Shown here piece after piece: positions 34,801-46,752 of a DNA stretch of 64,000 bases; positions within the stretch are counted from its first letter, which is position 1, and each line of letters begins with the position of its first letter. The stretch spans positions 1,795,849 through 1,859,848 of the forward strand of contig LSRY02000014.1 in NCBI GenBank assembly GCA_001643675.2, in the 5' to 3' direction. Under the pieces are notes generated by a model. The model had not been told where the DNA came from. It saw only the letters and a list, made by a program, of their open reading frames with translations, and did not search any database. The stretch is from Monocercomonoides exilis PA203 (lineage: Eukaryota > Protista > Preaxostyla). A program made the translations under genes and the position numbers.

Positions 34801-36526
34801 CTACTGCAAGAGTCTCATTAATGCCGTGAATACCAATAAGATATATCGTGAATGTGAAGTGATGGAAAAATACAACTTCTGTAGCTGGCGCACTTCGAGA
34901 TAATCATCGCCTCTGGCTTCGCCATTGCTTCTTCAAGCTTCCTCTGTTCCTCTGTGATTATTTTCATAAACCATCTGCATTTTATCGGATAGCCTCCATT
35001 TGTCTTATTCCCATCACCCCCCTCTTTTCCTCTCCTTTCTCCTTCCTCTGCTTCTTCCCGCTCCTCCAGCACATCCAGCGCAATCTCTGCTGGCGACAGA
35101 ACCACATTCTCCATCCTTTACACCGCCGCCGACAGCCCCTTCTCCACAATCTCCCCCACTTCACACACTGCAACCCCTCGCCCAATCACTTCGTCGTCCA
35201 GCTTCACCACCACACGCCTCGACTGCGGTGATCGCGACACCAGCCGCGCTATCGCCGATGGCAGCAGCGACGGGTCAAACAGATCGTAGATCGACGGGAA
35301 CTCATTCACATCTGCCGCTGCAAAGATCCGCTTTCTCCCCGACTTCGTTCCCACCGACGCTGCAAGCGACGTAAGCGGTGCCACCAGCGGAACCGAAAGC
35401 ATCGCCGAAAGCGCCACATCGTATGCGCACGCAACACACCCTTGCAGCACCGCCCGAAGCGCTAAAACATATCCCCGCAGCGTCTAGTGCTCCCTCAGTA
35501 ACGAGTATCTGTGATTTTTATTCATCCCTGTTTCCTCAGGCAACACAATCCTTAGCCGCCTTTCTGTGTCGTCCATCGCTGCTGCTAATGTATATGGAAC
35601 TACCACCGCTGACGCATCTGAAGGGATAATATCAGGAGCTGATGAAAATACTGAAGATAACTGCTAATCCCTTGTCGCCTTCTTCTCTTCGCTTCTCCGC
35701 ATCCGGTATTGCGAAAAAGATAAGCATGCTGTTGTAGATGAAACGTTAAAGCGAAAAGACGACTTATTCATTTCATCAAGAACACAGACAAAACATCTTC
35801 AAATAAAAATTAATATTTATCAGTTGAGAAAACCTTCTATTTTCCTTCAATTTTGAAGAGATGAAACAGGAAATCTATCAAAAATGCATGAAGTGAAATG
35901 AAAAAAAGAAGAAAAACACACATGATGAAATGAAATCAATTTGAATTCAACGAACTGTTTTTATCTTAAAATGAGAATTGATCATTATTATGAGTCATTA
36001 AAAAACGTACATTTCCATTGAAAGTTTTCGTCATGTTTATGTTATTATTATAACTATAATAATCACTCTTTGAAAGTTATTTTTTTAATATCTTTAAATT
36101 ATAACAAGCGCGGTTACGATGAAATTTTCCTGTTTGATAATTATTATTAAAAAATACTCCAAAACAAGCAACCCAATTTTATTTGTCTGGAAACAAAAGA
36201 AAATTATGAAAACTTAGTTATTATCCATGAAATAATAACGAATATTCGAGCAGATGAAATGAAAATGAAGAAATAAAATCATAAAATTCATTTGATTCAA
36301 ACAACCGGAAAGCATTCATTCAAATAAGTGTATTACGAAATATAATGAACAATTCAAATGAAATCATCAAATATGCATCCTATTTATTCTATTAAAAGCG
36401 GAAAAAAATAAGTAAATAATATTTGTCAATATATTATGGGATTGGAATGATCAAAATATTATGATCATTATTGATCTTTTGTGGGACAAGATTAATAATG
36501 ATGGAACTTTTCAAAAAAATTTAGAC
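31818..36526. mobile_element. 4.7-kb TIR element with the same termini as the MITEs, carrying decayed gene fragments
   Basis: Left GTCAAAATTTTTTTGAAAAGTGACATC and right GATGGAACTTTTCAAAAAAATTTAGAC match at 24/27 positions, with similarity extending to about 55 bp. ATAT flanks both ends (31814-31817, 36527-36530). Confidence 0.65.
34818..35720 (-). pseudogene. Decayed GC-rich coding fragment of unknown product
   Basis: ORFs 35118-35450 and 34818-35114 are in one frame, separated by a single stop. Composition is coding-like, with further stops on both sides. Confidence 0.45.
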
Positions 36527-37089
36527 ATATAATAACTAATTTTTCCATTTCGGTTTTCTTCTTTTTGCCCCAAACACAAATAACTGTTATGTATCGACTT
36601 CAACTTTTTCCTTCATTTCCTTTTCTTTTTCATATATTTTCTTCTGTTTTTCGCTTCAAAGAGTTTTCAAACTGTTTTTCATTTGATGGAATATTTCCAT
36701 TTTATCTTCTTTTTGTTGAGGAGAAACTTCAAAAGAAAATGTTTGTTTCTTTTTATCGAATGAGAAAGAAACAATAACTGAGGGATTTCATCACATCTTC
36801 ACATCGAGCCATCAATTCAAGGGAGAGGGAAAGTTTTATTCATGGATGGACTCATCATGGTCTTTTTAGTTAAACATTAACTTGAACCAAAGCTGACTCA
36901 TGATATCTCTTTTTTGATGGCAATGATACAATAGAAATGCTGAGAATAGTCCTTTATCTGAATCCAAATATCTCTCCAAGAGCAATATTTTTTTCTTTAA
37001 ATTGCCTTCTCTTTTCTTTTTCTTTGTATTCGGTTATCAACAACAGTGTTTGGTGTTGGCTTTTCTTTTAATGTATTCTGAACAAATAT

Positions 37090-37327
37090 GTCAAAATTTT
37101 TTTGTAAAGTTCCATTTGTTTTATTTTCAAAAAATTAAAATTTTCGTATTTCTTTCAAATTTCTGTTTCCACTTACCAAATTTCGCTGTCATTGAAACAA
37201 ATCCATGTCAAAGTAATTTTATCCGTTTGGGTGTGATTTCGTGAGTGAAAACAGAAATTTGAAAGAAATATGAAATTTTTTATTTTTTGAAAATTAAACA
37301 AATGGAACTTTTCAAAAAAATTTTGAC
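37090..37327. mobile_element. ~240-bp MITE with ~90-bp TIRs
   Basis: GTCAAAATTTTTTTGTAAAGTTCCATTTGTTT...AAACAAATGGAACTTTTCAAAAAAATTTTGAC, with TSD ATAT on both sides. Confidence 0.9.
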
Positions 37328-37489
37328 ATATATCTTTTTCCCCATTTGTTCAGTTCTTCAGAGCTGAAACAGAAAATCTCTCAAAAAAAATATTTCTGTT
37401 TTTTTCTTTGTTGTCTGTTGATTTGGCAAAGATAATTCTCAAATAAGCATGAAGCGAAAAAGTTGATGATTTCTTGTGAATTACAAAAT

Positions 37490-38756
37490 AATTGGTGAAG
37501 AAAATGGACTTTTCCAATTTGGAGTTCGTTTTAGTCGGATGTTTCAGTGATTGGTGGAATCACAGCATGACATCTTCGCATTCTTCTTCCTCAATCATTT
37601 TTAATCGTTCTCTTTTCAACGCATCCCACTCCACCATAGAAAATTTATTGTCCATCGTTTTTGCAAGCCTCTGAAATAATAAAGTCATAATCTGCATGCA
37701 CACCACTGCGAAATTTTGGCCCAGTGCTGCTCCACTTATTACCTGCAAAACAATATCAAATGCTCCAATTTGCATCAAACACACCGTGCGTAGAATTTCT
37801 CATTCTGTTGCTCCATCAACAACTCTGAGGATAACCGTCGGCATTCTGTTGTAACACACTGTCACAACAAAATCCAGTCTCTTCATTCCTCGAACCAACT
37901 CCTGTTTCTCATCAGCACAAATTCATCAAACTATTTGAACAATCGCCAAATCGTGAAGCATCACCTCCTGATGACACTTGAGCCTTTGCTTCCTTCACGT
38001 ATGCTTGGCTTTCTCTCTACACATATGCTTTTCCAACTCTTCTATTTCTCCTATTGCTTCTCTCCAAAAATGTTGCTCTTTCACAATCTCACTCTCCTCC
38101 ATTCTTTCAAAGCATATTCCGCTCGTGAAAATCCAAAACATGAATGATATGAAAGTGTGTCATATTTCGATATTCTTATGATCCCAAATTGTTTCAAACA
38201 CCTCGTCAAAAAACACTTCTTTTTCAATTTCCAGCAAATGACAAAAACAATCAGAATAAATACAGACTGAGAACTATAGACACGACTTTCAACCAAAAAA
38301 AGTCATTTCCACTTCTTTTTGCATCTCTTTGATTTCTTCTTTCTTCAGCACAATTATTTGTTGATTATGCAAACATCTCCAATTGAAAATTTATTTTTTT
38401 TCAAACTCAGCCAACAACAGATGACATTCTGTCATGTTAATCATTAGCCTTTCATCCTTTTCTTTGTTTTTTTTTCTTTTTTGATTGTTGCATATTTTCG
38501 TTTTTCCCACAACAAAGAATTCCAACCTGCATTTCCTGCTCCATTCAACACTTATCAAAAGCATCAACGCCACGTTAACAAAATCGAGTTTTCTGATTCT
38601 ATTTCCTTCTTTTCAATAATATTTTCGTTTTTCTTGATATCGACTCTTTTCATCAAATTTCCCAGCATATCTTTGTTCAACTCGTCTTTCACGCTGATCA
38701 TCTGTCCATCTTGTTTATTTTTAATCTTTTCGAAGAAATGCAAATGTAAAAAGTCT
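37490..38756 (-). pseudogene. Family copy C, degenerate; 5' end split off by Merlin copy 2
   Basis: Fragments KDERLMINMTECHLL, EVEMT, IGAFDIV, MIEEEECEDVM with stops and frameshifts. The first codons (MKSFERD) lie beyond the transposon at about 40198-40225. Confidence 0.7.
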
Positions 38757-40197
38757 GCATAATGTCATTGAACCTGACATGCCAAAAACAAGATTTTTTC
38801 ATTCCACATGATTTATTATCATTTTTCATGATATTATTTGATATTGTGAAGTGCTGAAACAAGTTTTATACATCGGAGGAAAAATCAAAAAATGGATGAA
38901 TTTAATGAAAATGGGTTTTAACAAAAAACATTTTCGAGAAATTGCAGCTCCTGAGAAAAAAAAATATTCGGCTTTTTACAAGAAAACCACGTTTTTAGAC
39001 AAATATCGAGCTTGGGATTGGTTTTTCAAAAAAGTTCTGAGAGAAAAGCATCCGAAGAACAGAATTCACAGAAAAGAGTTTAAAATGGAAAATGATGGAG
39101 AGAATTTTCACTATTGAACCTGCTGAAAGTTTGGAGAAAAAAGATCAGTGTTCAAAGAGACAACATTAACATAATCGAAGATCGGAATAGGATAATTTTT
39201 ATTGATCATATAACTGTTGTGGATCGGAGTTTCAGAAAAGTGTATTCGTATGATGGCAGGAGTTCATTATGCGGTTATGGGCAATTGAAGAAGTGTATTA
39301 AGATGTGCCTGTGTGGATCTAATAAACAAGAATCCAATGGTGTTGAGCGGAGAACGAAAGATAGTGGAGAAAGATAAATGCGTGTGGAGAAAAAGAAAAT
39401 ATTAAAGAGGGAGAAGAAAAAAACAAATATGGATCTTCTGCTCAATTGAAAGAACGGATGACACCTCACAAAATAAAAAAGCGATTGATTTTTGTTTCAT
39501 CTGATCGTTCTGCTAACACTCTTGTTCCTCTCATCAAATCTCACATTCTTCAGGGGACAACAATAATGAATGAAGAGTGGAAGGCATATTCTTCTTTGGG
39601 GACAAGTTACAACATTCATAAGACAGTTTGTCATAAAAGACATTATGTGGATTCTCTTGCTGGTGCTTATACAAATACCATTGAAGGAATGTGGATGCAT
39701 TTTAGTGGGCTTTTCCACAAACATAGAGTTAAAGAGAGATATCTGAGAGATTATTTGGCTTTTTTGATTGCAAAAAACACACTCTTAATTCCGTTTGAAG
39801 AAGTGATATGTGTAATAATTTATTGGAAAAAAAAAAGAAATGGAAGAAGAAGAGGAAACTGGAAACAAAGATGAATCCATTCCAAATATGAATGATAATG
39901 TAAATATTGAATTTTCATTAAAGGAATCCGATGATAAGAGCAGCAGCCTTAGTGTTACTGATGGAGCTAACACATCGGAATGGACGGATGATGAATAAAT
40001 TATGTTTTTTTATTTTTTGACTTTTTTGAAAATAATAATATCACATATATTCATATTTTTTTAAGAAAAATATAAATTCATTTTCAGATATTTTCCGGCA
40101 CTATTTAATTCACAAAAACAGACAATAAAGCTACATAACGAATGAGATAACTTCAAAAATCGTCATTTTGTTGTGTTCGATATCATGTCAATTAACC
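38757..40197 (+). mobile_element. Merlin transposon copy 2 with transposase pseudogene (about 38910-39998)
   Basis: Perfect 8-bp TSD AAAAGTCT (38749-38756 and 40198-40205) and degenerate TIRs. Motifs KKYSAF..AWD, DRSANTLVPLIKSHILQGTTIMNEEWKAY, HKTVCH, TNTIEGMW; several stops and frameshifts. Confidence 0.9.
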
Positions 40198-41204
40198 AAA
40201 AGTCTCGCTCAAATGATTTCATAAAATCTCTCATGAACAAGAAATCAATCATTTCAATGTTTTTCATAACTTGAGAATCAACAGTAATGAATATTTTTGG
40301 ATTTTTAATAAAAAAAACTCTCACAAATATTTTGGTGCTGCTGACTATTCAAAAGTTTTATAGAGATATTTCCATGTTTTTTGATATTTATTTTTTTGAA
40401 TAAAAAACTGTTTTGTTTCACTTTATATGAACTTCACAAAGAAGATCATCATTTCAACGATATCTTCTCCAATAAGGATTATTCATATTTCAAAAAAAGA
40501 ATCACTGGAATTTGCATCATCTTTTTTACACAAGTTTTTTGAAGTGGATTTGTTTAATTTGGAAAAATGAAAGTTCACTCTTTTTTGTTTCAGCAGTGAA
40601 ACGCTCGAAATAAAAATATATATGAAAAAAGGAAAGATAAGTTTCACCTTTCCTTTTCAAGAACACCTCGTTCAATACGAAAGAATGGCAGAGCAAATGA
40701 AACGAGAGAAGCCACAACAATATATAAACACAAGCACTGCCTCAGGCAATCTAGGCAGTCGGGGGAGAAGAAGCCTTCACCCAAACTGGAAAGAGACATT
40801 TCTCTTTACAAAAAAAATAAAAAATTTATAAAATAAAATTAAAATTTGAAAACATAAAAGAACAACTGAACAGAAGAGAAGAGGAGGCAGATTCGGAAAC
40901 AATGAAATGCCAAGAAGATCATTCAAAATGAGATACAATGTGTTTCTTCGAGCGGCAGAAAGGGATTTTTGGCTTTTGGCTGTCAAAAGGCAAATAATAT
41001 TTCCATCAAAGAATGAAAAGAAGAAGAAGATGATAATGAAGAAGTGTAATGTGCTAAATATGTCTTCCTGAATAATAGAAGCTGTTTGTTGTATTTCTCC
41101 AAATGAGAAGGTTTCAATGAGCTTATTTCGTCACCAGTGGAAGATAATAATGTGTTTGGGGTATTAAGAGAAGTGTAAAATGTAAAATGAAAAGAAAAAG
41201 ATGA

Positions 41205-41395
41205 AGAAAAGAAAGAAAGAAAGAAAGAAAGAAAGAAGAAGAAGAAGAAAAAGATGATGAAGAAGAAAAAGAAGATGAAGAAGAAGAAAAAGTGAGTGAG
41301 AAAAGAAGAGAAGAAGAAGAAGAAGAAGAAGAAGAAGAAGAAGAAGAAGAAGAAGAAGAAGAAGAAGAAGAAGAAGAAGAAGACGATGATGATGT
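41205..41395 (+). repeat. (GAA)n / purine microsatellite within a decayed coding region (about 40900-42580)
   Basis: Long uninterrupted GAA run near 41310-41382. Flanking frames contain many stops. Confidence 0.9.
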
Positions 41396-43592
41396 GTTTG
41401 AAGCTTGAGTTTGAGTTTGAGTTTGATTTTGATTTTGTTTGGAAGAAGAAGAAGAAAATGAATTTGCACAGATGGCTTTTTTTTATCTTCGGAATCGTGA
41501 ATGAAACATGAAACGAAGGCAAATTCAACGATTGATCATCCGAGTTGAAGGAAAGGAAATGGAACAATTTTCGGTTCAATTTTCCCGCTCTGTCGAATCG
41601 AACGGAATAAATGCATTTGAAGATCGATGGTTTGGATTGGCAGGCAGTGAGAAGAAATCCAACAAAGAGTACGTTGAAGAAGATGAAGAAGGTGAAGAAG
41701 AAGAGGAAGCAGAAGATAATGAGGGATATGAAGGTGGAGCAATTGAGGATTGTGAAACGAATTTAATCCTTTTAATAAAGATGTTGATGATGACTTGAGC
41801 GAGGTTGATTAAATAAAATAAATCATTCGATGAGTTGATTTCAGATAAAATAAACAATCTTCATCACAAAATGTGTGAAAGAGAGAGATACAAACAGATG
41901 AAGAAGGAAGTCCACAAAATAATTGACTGCCTTTGTGTGGTTGAACAGCTTTTCCCTCAGAAAAAGGATAATTGTGTTTGTCCAATGCTGTCAACAATTC
42001 AAGTGAACTTCATGTGTGATGAGGATATTGGCAGAGAAGAAGACATTGATGATTGAAATTATTGCCATTGAAGTCAACTTCTTCAAAGGCGAGGAGAAGA
42101 AAACGAAGAATTTTATGATTATGTGATTGATGAATCGATTGTGGCGATGAACATCCTTTATTGAATTGAGACTGTTGAGAAAGATAAGAAAGGTGAGGAA
42201 GAAGGTGAGGAAGAAGGTGAAGAAAAATAGAAGATACCAGTTTTTCCAAGTCATGTTGGGTGATAGAAAAAACTGAATGTGTTCTGAATGTGAATGCCCT
42301 TCCAGCTCATCAGCTCCGATAAACGAGCCGTTTCTGCCCAATACCCTCAACAAATAAGCCGAATAAACTGCATTTATCTTTCAAGCTCATGCCAAGCATT
42401 ATCAGGTTATGCAGCATGAAAAACAGATGGCGGAAGTCACAAATGCTATTGTTGAATGAAACACATACAGACAAATTTATGAAACATCTGGTTCTTTTGC
42501 AAAGGATTCCAGAGCTTCTCTCTCTTTGTGGCATTCCTGTTCGTGATCAATCTGTATTCATTCAAAGAACACCTTGAAAGAAAAATGAATGAAATAAAAA
42601 AGTCAAACCATCTTTTTGGTATTAAAATATTTTCCCATCTCTAATGGATTGGTAATAACAACCAAACTGGTTTTCTTGTTCTTAGAATCCATTGCGAAGT
42701 TTGCTGTGATATCTGATGAAAATATATATTCTCCAAATTTACTCCTTTTCAAAGTCTTATTCAACGTCAAGTCTTTGCTGACGGCTTTCTAGTAGGATTC
42801 GTGCAAAATTCAAAAGAGATTGCTGTTAAAACCAGCTGAGTGTTTCTCTCTGTTCGCTTCCTCCATTGTCCAACTCTTCAATTCCCTTTCCTTTTAAACA
42901 AAGCTCAACCTCCCAATAAAAAATCACCCAAAACAAGTCCTGCTCAAATGATATGCCAAGTGCACTGCACTTTCCCTCGAAATGAACAAGCGGTTCAATT
43001 CAATCCTTCTTAAGTATTCTGCTCGCTTATTTTGTATCTTTCTTGAGTTTTTCTCTTTCAAAATATTGCAGCAGATGTTGCATCATATGTTTTGCAATTT
43101 TCTCCCGCGTTCAAATTTCATGCAACTTCCCCCCACTAATTCACTTTTCAAATGCAATCAATTCAAACAGCCACTCACTCCTTCATCTGCAAGAAAAGTA
43201 CCTGTTCTTCTGCCGTGCAATAACTCACATGGATGCATCCGTGGCCGTTCATCCAAAACAGCACAAACAAAGTTTTAACGCAGACAATCACCAATCAAAA
43301 ATCTTAACCTCAAAATTATAGGTTGCAAACCCTTATTTATTTTGACAAAAACAAGATAATTTTGTTTCATTGATTTGCTTGGTTTAGGGTCAAAATCATG
43401 ATGGAAAAAGAAGACGTATTAACTTAAGTGTAGTTGGATATTTGATTTGATGTTTTTAATTCTTATGATTCTATTGCACCATGAATATTTCGAAAATGAA
43501 TTTATTAATTGTTCTGAATTCATTTTACGATTTCACAGTCACCTTCAAAAATACAAATGTTTCTGGGTTTGCCAAAATTTTATAAGAAATGA

Positions 43593-44966
43593 ATGGTTAA
43601 ATCAACAAATGTGCGTTTTTTCTCTTATGATTTTTCACCTTTTTTAGAGAAACTCTCACAGTTGGAACAATTAACTGAAGCTGAACAGAAACAGAAAATT
43701 GAAGAAATGAATGAAATGATTGATGAAATGGATAAAGAAGAATTCAAATCAATTTTCAACAAAGAAACATTCAACAAAATGGACAAAATGATTGACGAAA
43801 AGAAACTTTCGATGAGAAATGCCACTTGGCTGCTAAAGCATGTTGGATATTGCCAAATGCTTAGATGCATTTTTGATTATGCATTTAATTATTCTTTTTT
43901 GAGTGATCGATTTCAGGAAATGATCATTGAAGAAGAAGAGAAAAAAGAAGGGAAAAACGAAAGACTTTTGATTGATCTTTGTGAATGCTATCTTTTGTTT
44001 TACAACGGAGTTCCATCTTCGAAGTTGTTTTCAATTTGTGTGCCCTGCCTTCTGGAAGTTGCGTTGAAAAAAGAGGAAAGCGAGGAGACTCGAAAAGAAG
44101 TGGAAATGGCTTTGTTGGCGTTGAGCAACATTCCAGTATTTTATGTTTGAGCGCTTCTTTTTCATTTTTGATTTATTAATTTTTTCTTATTTTTTGTATA
44201 GGAAGTGAAAAGAGAATTGTCAACGAATAAAATCAAAGAAATTATCAAATATCATCAGGAACATCATAATCTGACACGACTTGGCTGTCAATCAGCTTGG
44301 CTGTTTTTGATCAACAGATTACTCTGCAACAGATTTTTGGAAGATATTGTTGTGAATGAACTGCATTTTGGAAGAGAGGCAGCAAGAGAATTGGAAGAAC
44401 TGTCAAGATGCGTGGAATGGAAGAGAAAAAAAGAAGAGAAAAGAGAAAGAGAAAGGAAAGCGATAGATAAAATTTTGAGATGGTTCGAGTTATTAAATAC
44501 ATATTTTCTCCATCATAAATCTTGGAACGAGGAATTTGCTGGACTTTTGAGCAGCGTTGCTCAGCTATTTCGAGCATCAAGAGATAATTACAGAGATATT
44601 GGTTATGAATGCATCAATTCCTTTAGAAACGCAGAAAGTAATCGACATGTAAAAGTTGATGACTTGCTGAAAGGCGGAGCAATTGACGCTGTTTTTGAGG
44701 GAATTCATCAATCAACAGTGGATGACCAAATTTCATATGATTGCTTGGAGTTTTTTTATTTGATTTCAAGAAGATTGAAAAAAGTGGAGGATTATGAGAT
44801 GGAAGAAGAGGAAAGAAAGACAACGAAAAGGAAGGTTTTTGAAAAGATGGAAGAAGAAGGATACGAAGATTTCATTGCAAGCCTCTGTGTTATATTTGAC
44901 TTTCTAAACGATAAATATGGCTGTGGATTACCACATAATATTTCAAAATATTTTACGAATGTTTGA
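43593..44966 (+). CDS. Family copy D (apparently intact)
   Basis: ORFs 43593-44150 and 44205-44966 joined by an intron (about 44145-44201). Motifs ERLLIDLCECY, EVEMALLALSNI, HHNLTRLGCQSAW, GREAARELEEL, MEEEGYEDFI. Confidence 0.8.
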
Positions 44967-45387
44967 GAAAATGAAATGAATTTTGTTACTCTTTATTTTC
45001 TATTTTCTCTTTTTTTATCATTTCACAAAACGGAACAAAAATTAATTTTCATATGTTTGCTGAACAGTGTTTTTTATCCTGCTTCATCAAAATGAAGTGA
45101 AGCAACAGCTGCAAAGTAGAAGAAGAAGAAGAAGAAAGAAAGAAAGAAAAAGAAGAAACCGATTGAAAAAGAATCAAGTTTTTTGAGTTTTTCTGTTTGT
45201 GTTGTGAAAAGAAAAATATCACAACTTTGAAAAAACAATCAAATAAAATAAAAATTCATCAATAGAAAACTTTTGTAGTTTCTAATATGAAAATTTCAAT
45301 ACAAAACAATGGAGAATTAGGAAAACTGGTTTGTGGTTCACAGTTCTTCTGATTTTTGACTTTCTAAATCATGTGAAAAGTGCTTCC

Positions 45388-46752
45388 TCAAACATTCATA
45401 AGATAATCAGAAATATTCAACGATAATTCATGATTATATTTTCTGTTAAGATAAACATATATTTTATAAAAGCTTGTGATGATGTCTTCGTACCCTTCTT
45501 CTTCCATCTTTTCAAATAATTCCATTTTTGTTTCTTTTCTTTTTGCTTTCTCCTTTTCTTCTTTATCCTCTTCTTTCAATTTCTTTGAAACATTCATAAA
45601 AAATTTCAAGATTTTCGCTGCAATTTCGTTATCCATTGCTGATTTATGAAGCTCCCCCCAAACAGCATCAACTGCTCCACCTTTCAACAAGAAATCAACT
45701 TTCGCTGATTTATTTCCTGTTGCTGTTTCATAAAAAATCCTTATGCATGAATTTCTAATTTTTATGTGATTATCCTTTGCCTCTCGTAATAGCTGAGCAA
45801 TGCTGCTGATAATCCCAACGTATTCTTCCCTCCACAATTTGCATCCCAAAATGAAACACCTCAATGCATAAAGCCACCTCATCAAAACAAGCTCTTCCTG
45901 AGATTCTGTTCCTCTTTCCTCTCCATCTTTCCTCTTCCAATCCACACTTTTTGTCAGCTCTTCCAGTTCTCTTGAAGCCTCTCTGATGAATTTCAGCTCA
46001 TTCACAAAATTTTCTTCGAAACTTTTGTCATATCTCAATCTGTTGATTAGAAATTTCCAAGCTGATTGATATGCGAGTCGAGTCAGATTGCGATGCTCCT
46101 GGTGATGTTGGATGATCTCTCTCATCTCGTTAAAATACAAATCTTCATTGCCAGGCTTTCAAAAGCAAAGTCAAAAACATCGGTTGACAAATAAACAAAC
46201 AAAAAATAATACAATTTCATACAGCAACACTGCCAATATTGCTCAAAGCCAAAACTGCCATTTCCACTTCTTTTTGTGCTTCCCTGCTTCCTTTTTTGTT
46301 CAATCCAACTTTCAAAAGACACGGCACAGCAATCGCAGGCAATTCCTCCTTGGAGTTGTAATAAAAGCGCAGCATCGCACAGCATTCGCAAAGATCAATC
46401 AACAGTTTTGGATTCTTTCTTCTTCTTTTCCTTTCTTCTTCTTCTTCTTCTTCTTCGCAAATCATCTCTTTCAATCTTTTGCACAACCTAGAATTGTCAA
46501 AGTTCACCATCCAAAAATTCCGCAGCAATTTGCAATATCCAATGCGCTCCAGCAGCAAAATGGCATTTTCCATCGGCAGCTTCTCTTCTTCAATCATTTT
46601 GTGCATTTTGTTGTTCAATTCTTCTGAAAAAACAGATTCAAATTCTTCAACATTCATTTCATCAATAATTTCATTCATTTGTCTGATTTTCTGTTTCTGT
46701 TGCTTTCTGAGCTATGTTCTAACTGATCAAGCAACTCTTCAATAAATTCCAT
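45388..46752 (-). CDS. Family copy E, convergent with D; apparent frameshift near 46705
   Basis: Same motifs (KLLIDLCEC, EVEMAVLALSNIG, LTRLAYQSAW, MEEEGYEDII). The 5' MEFIEELLDQLEHSSE is out of frame with QQKQKIRQMNEII. Confidence 0.72.
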
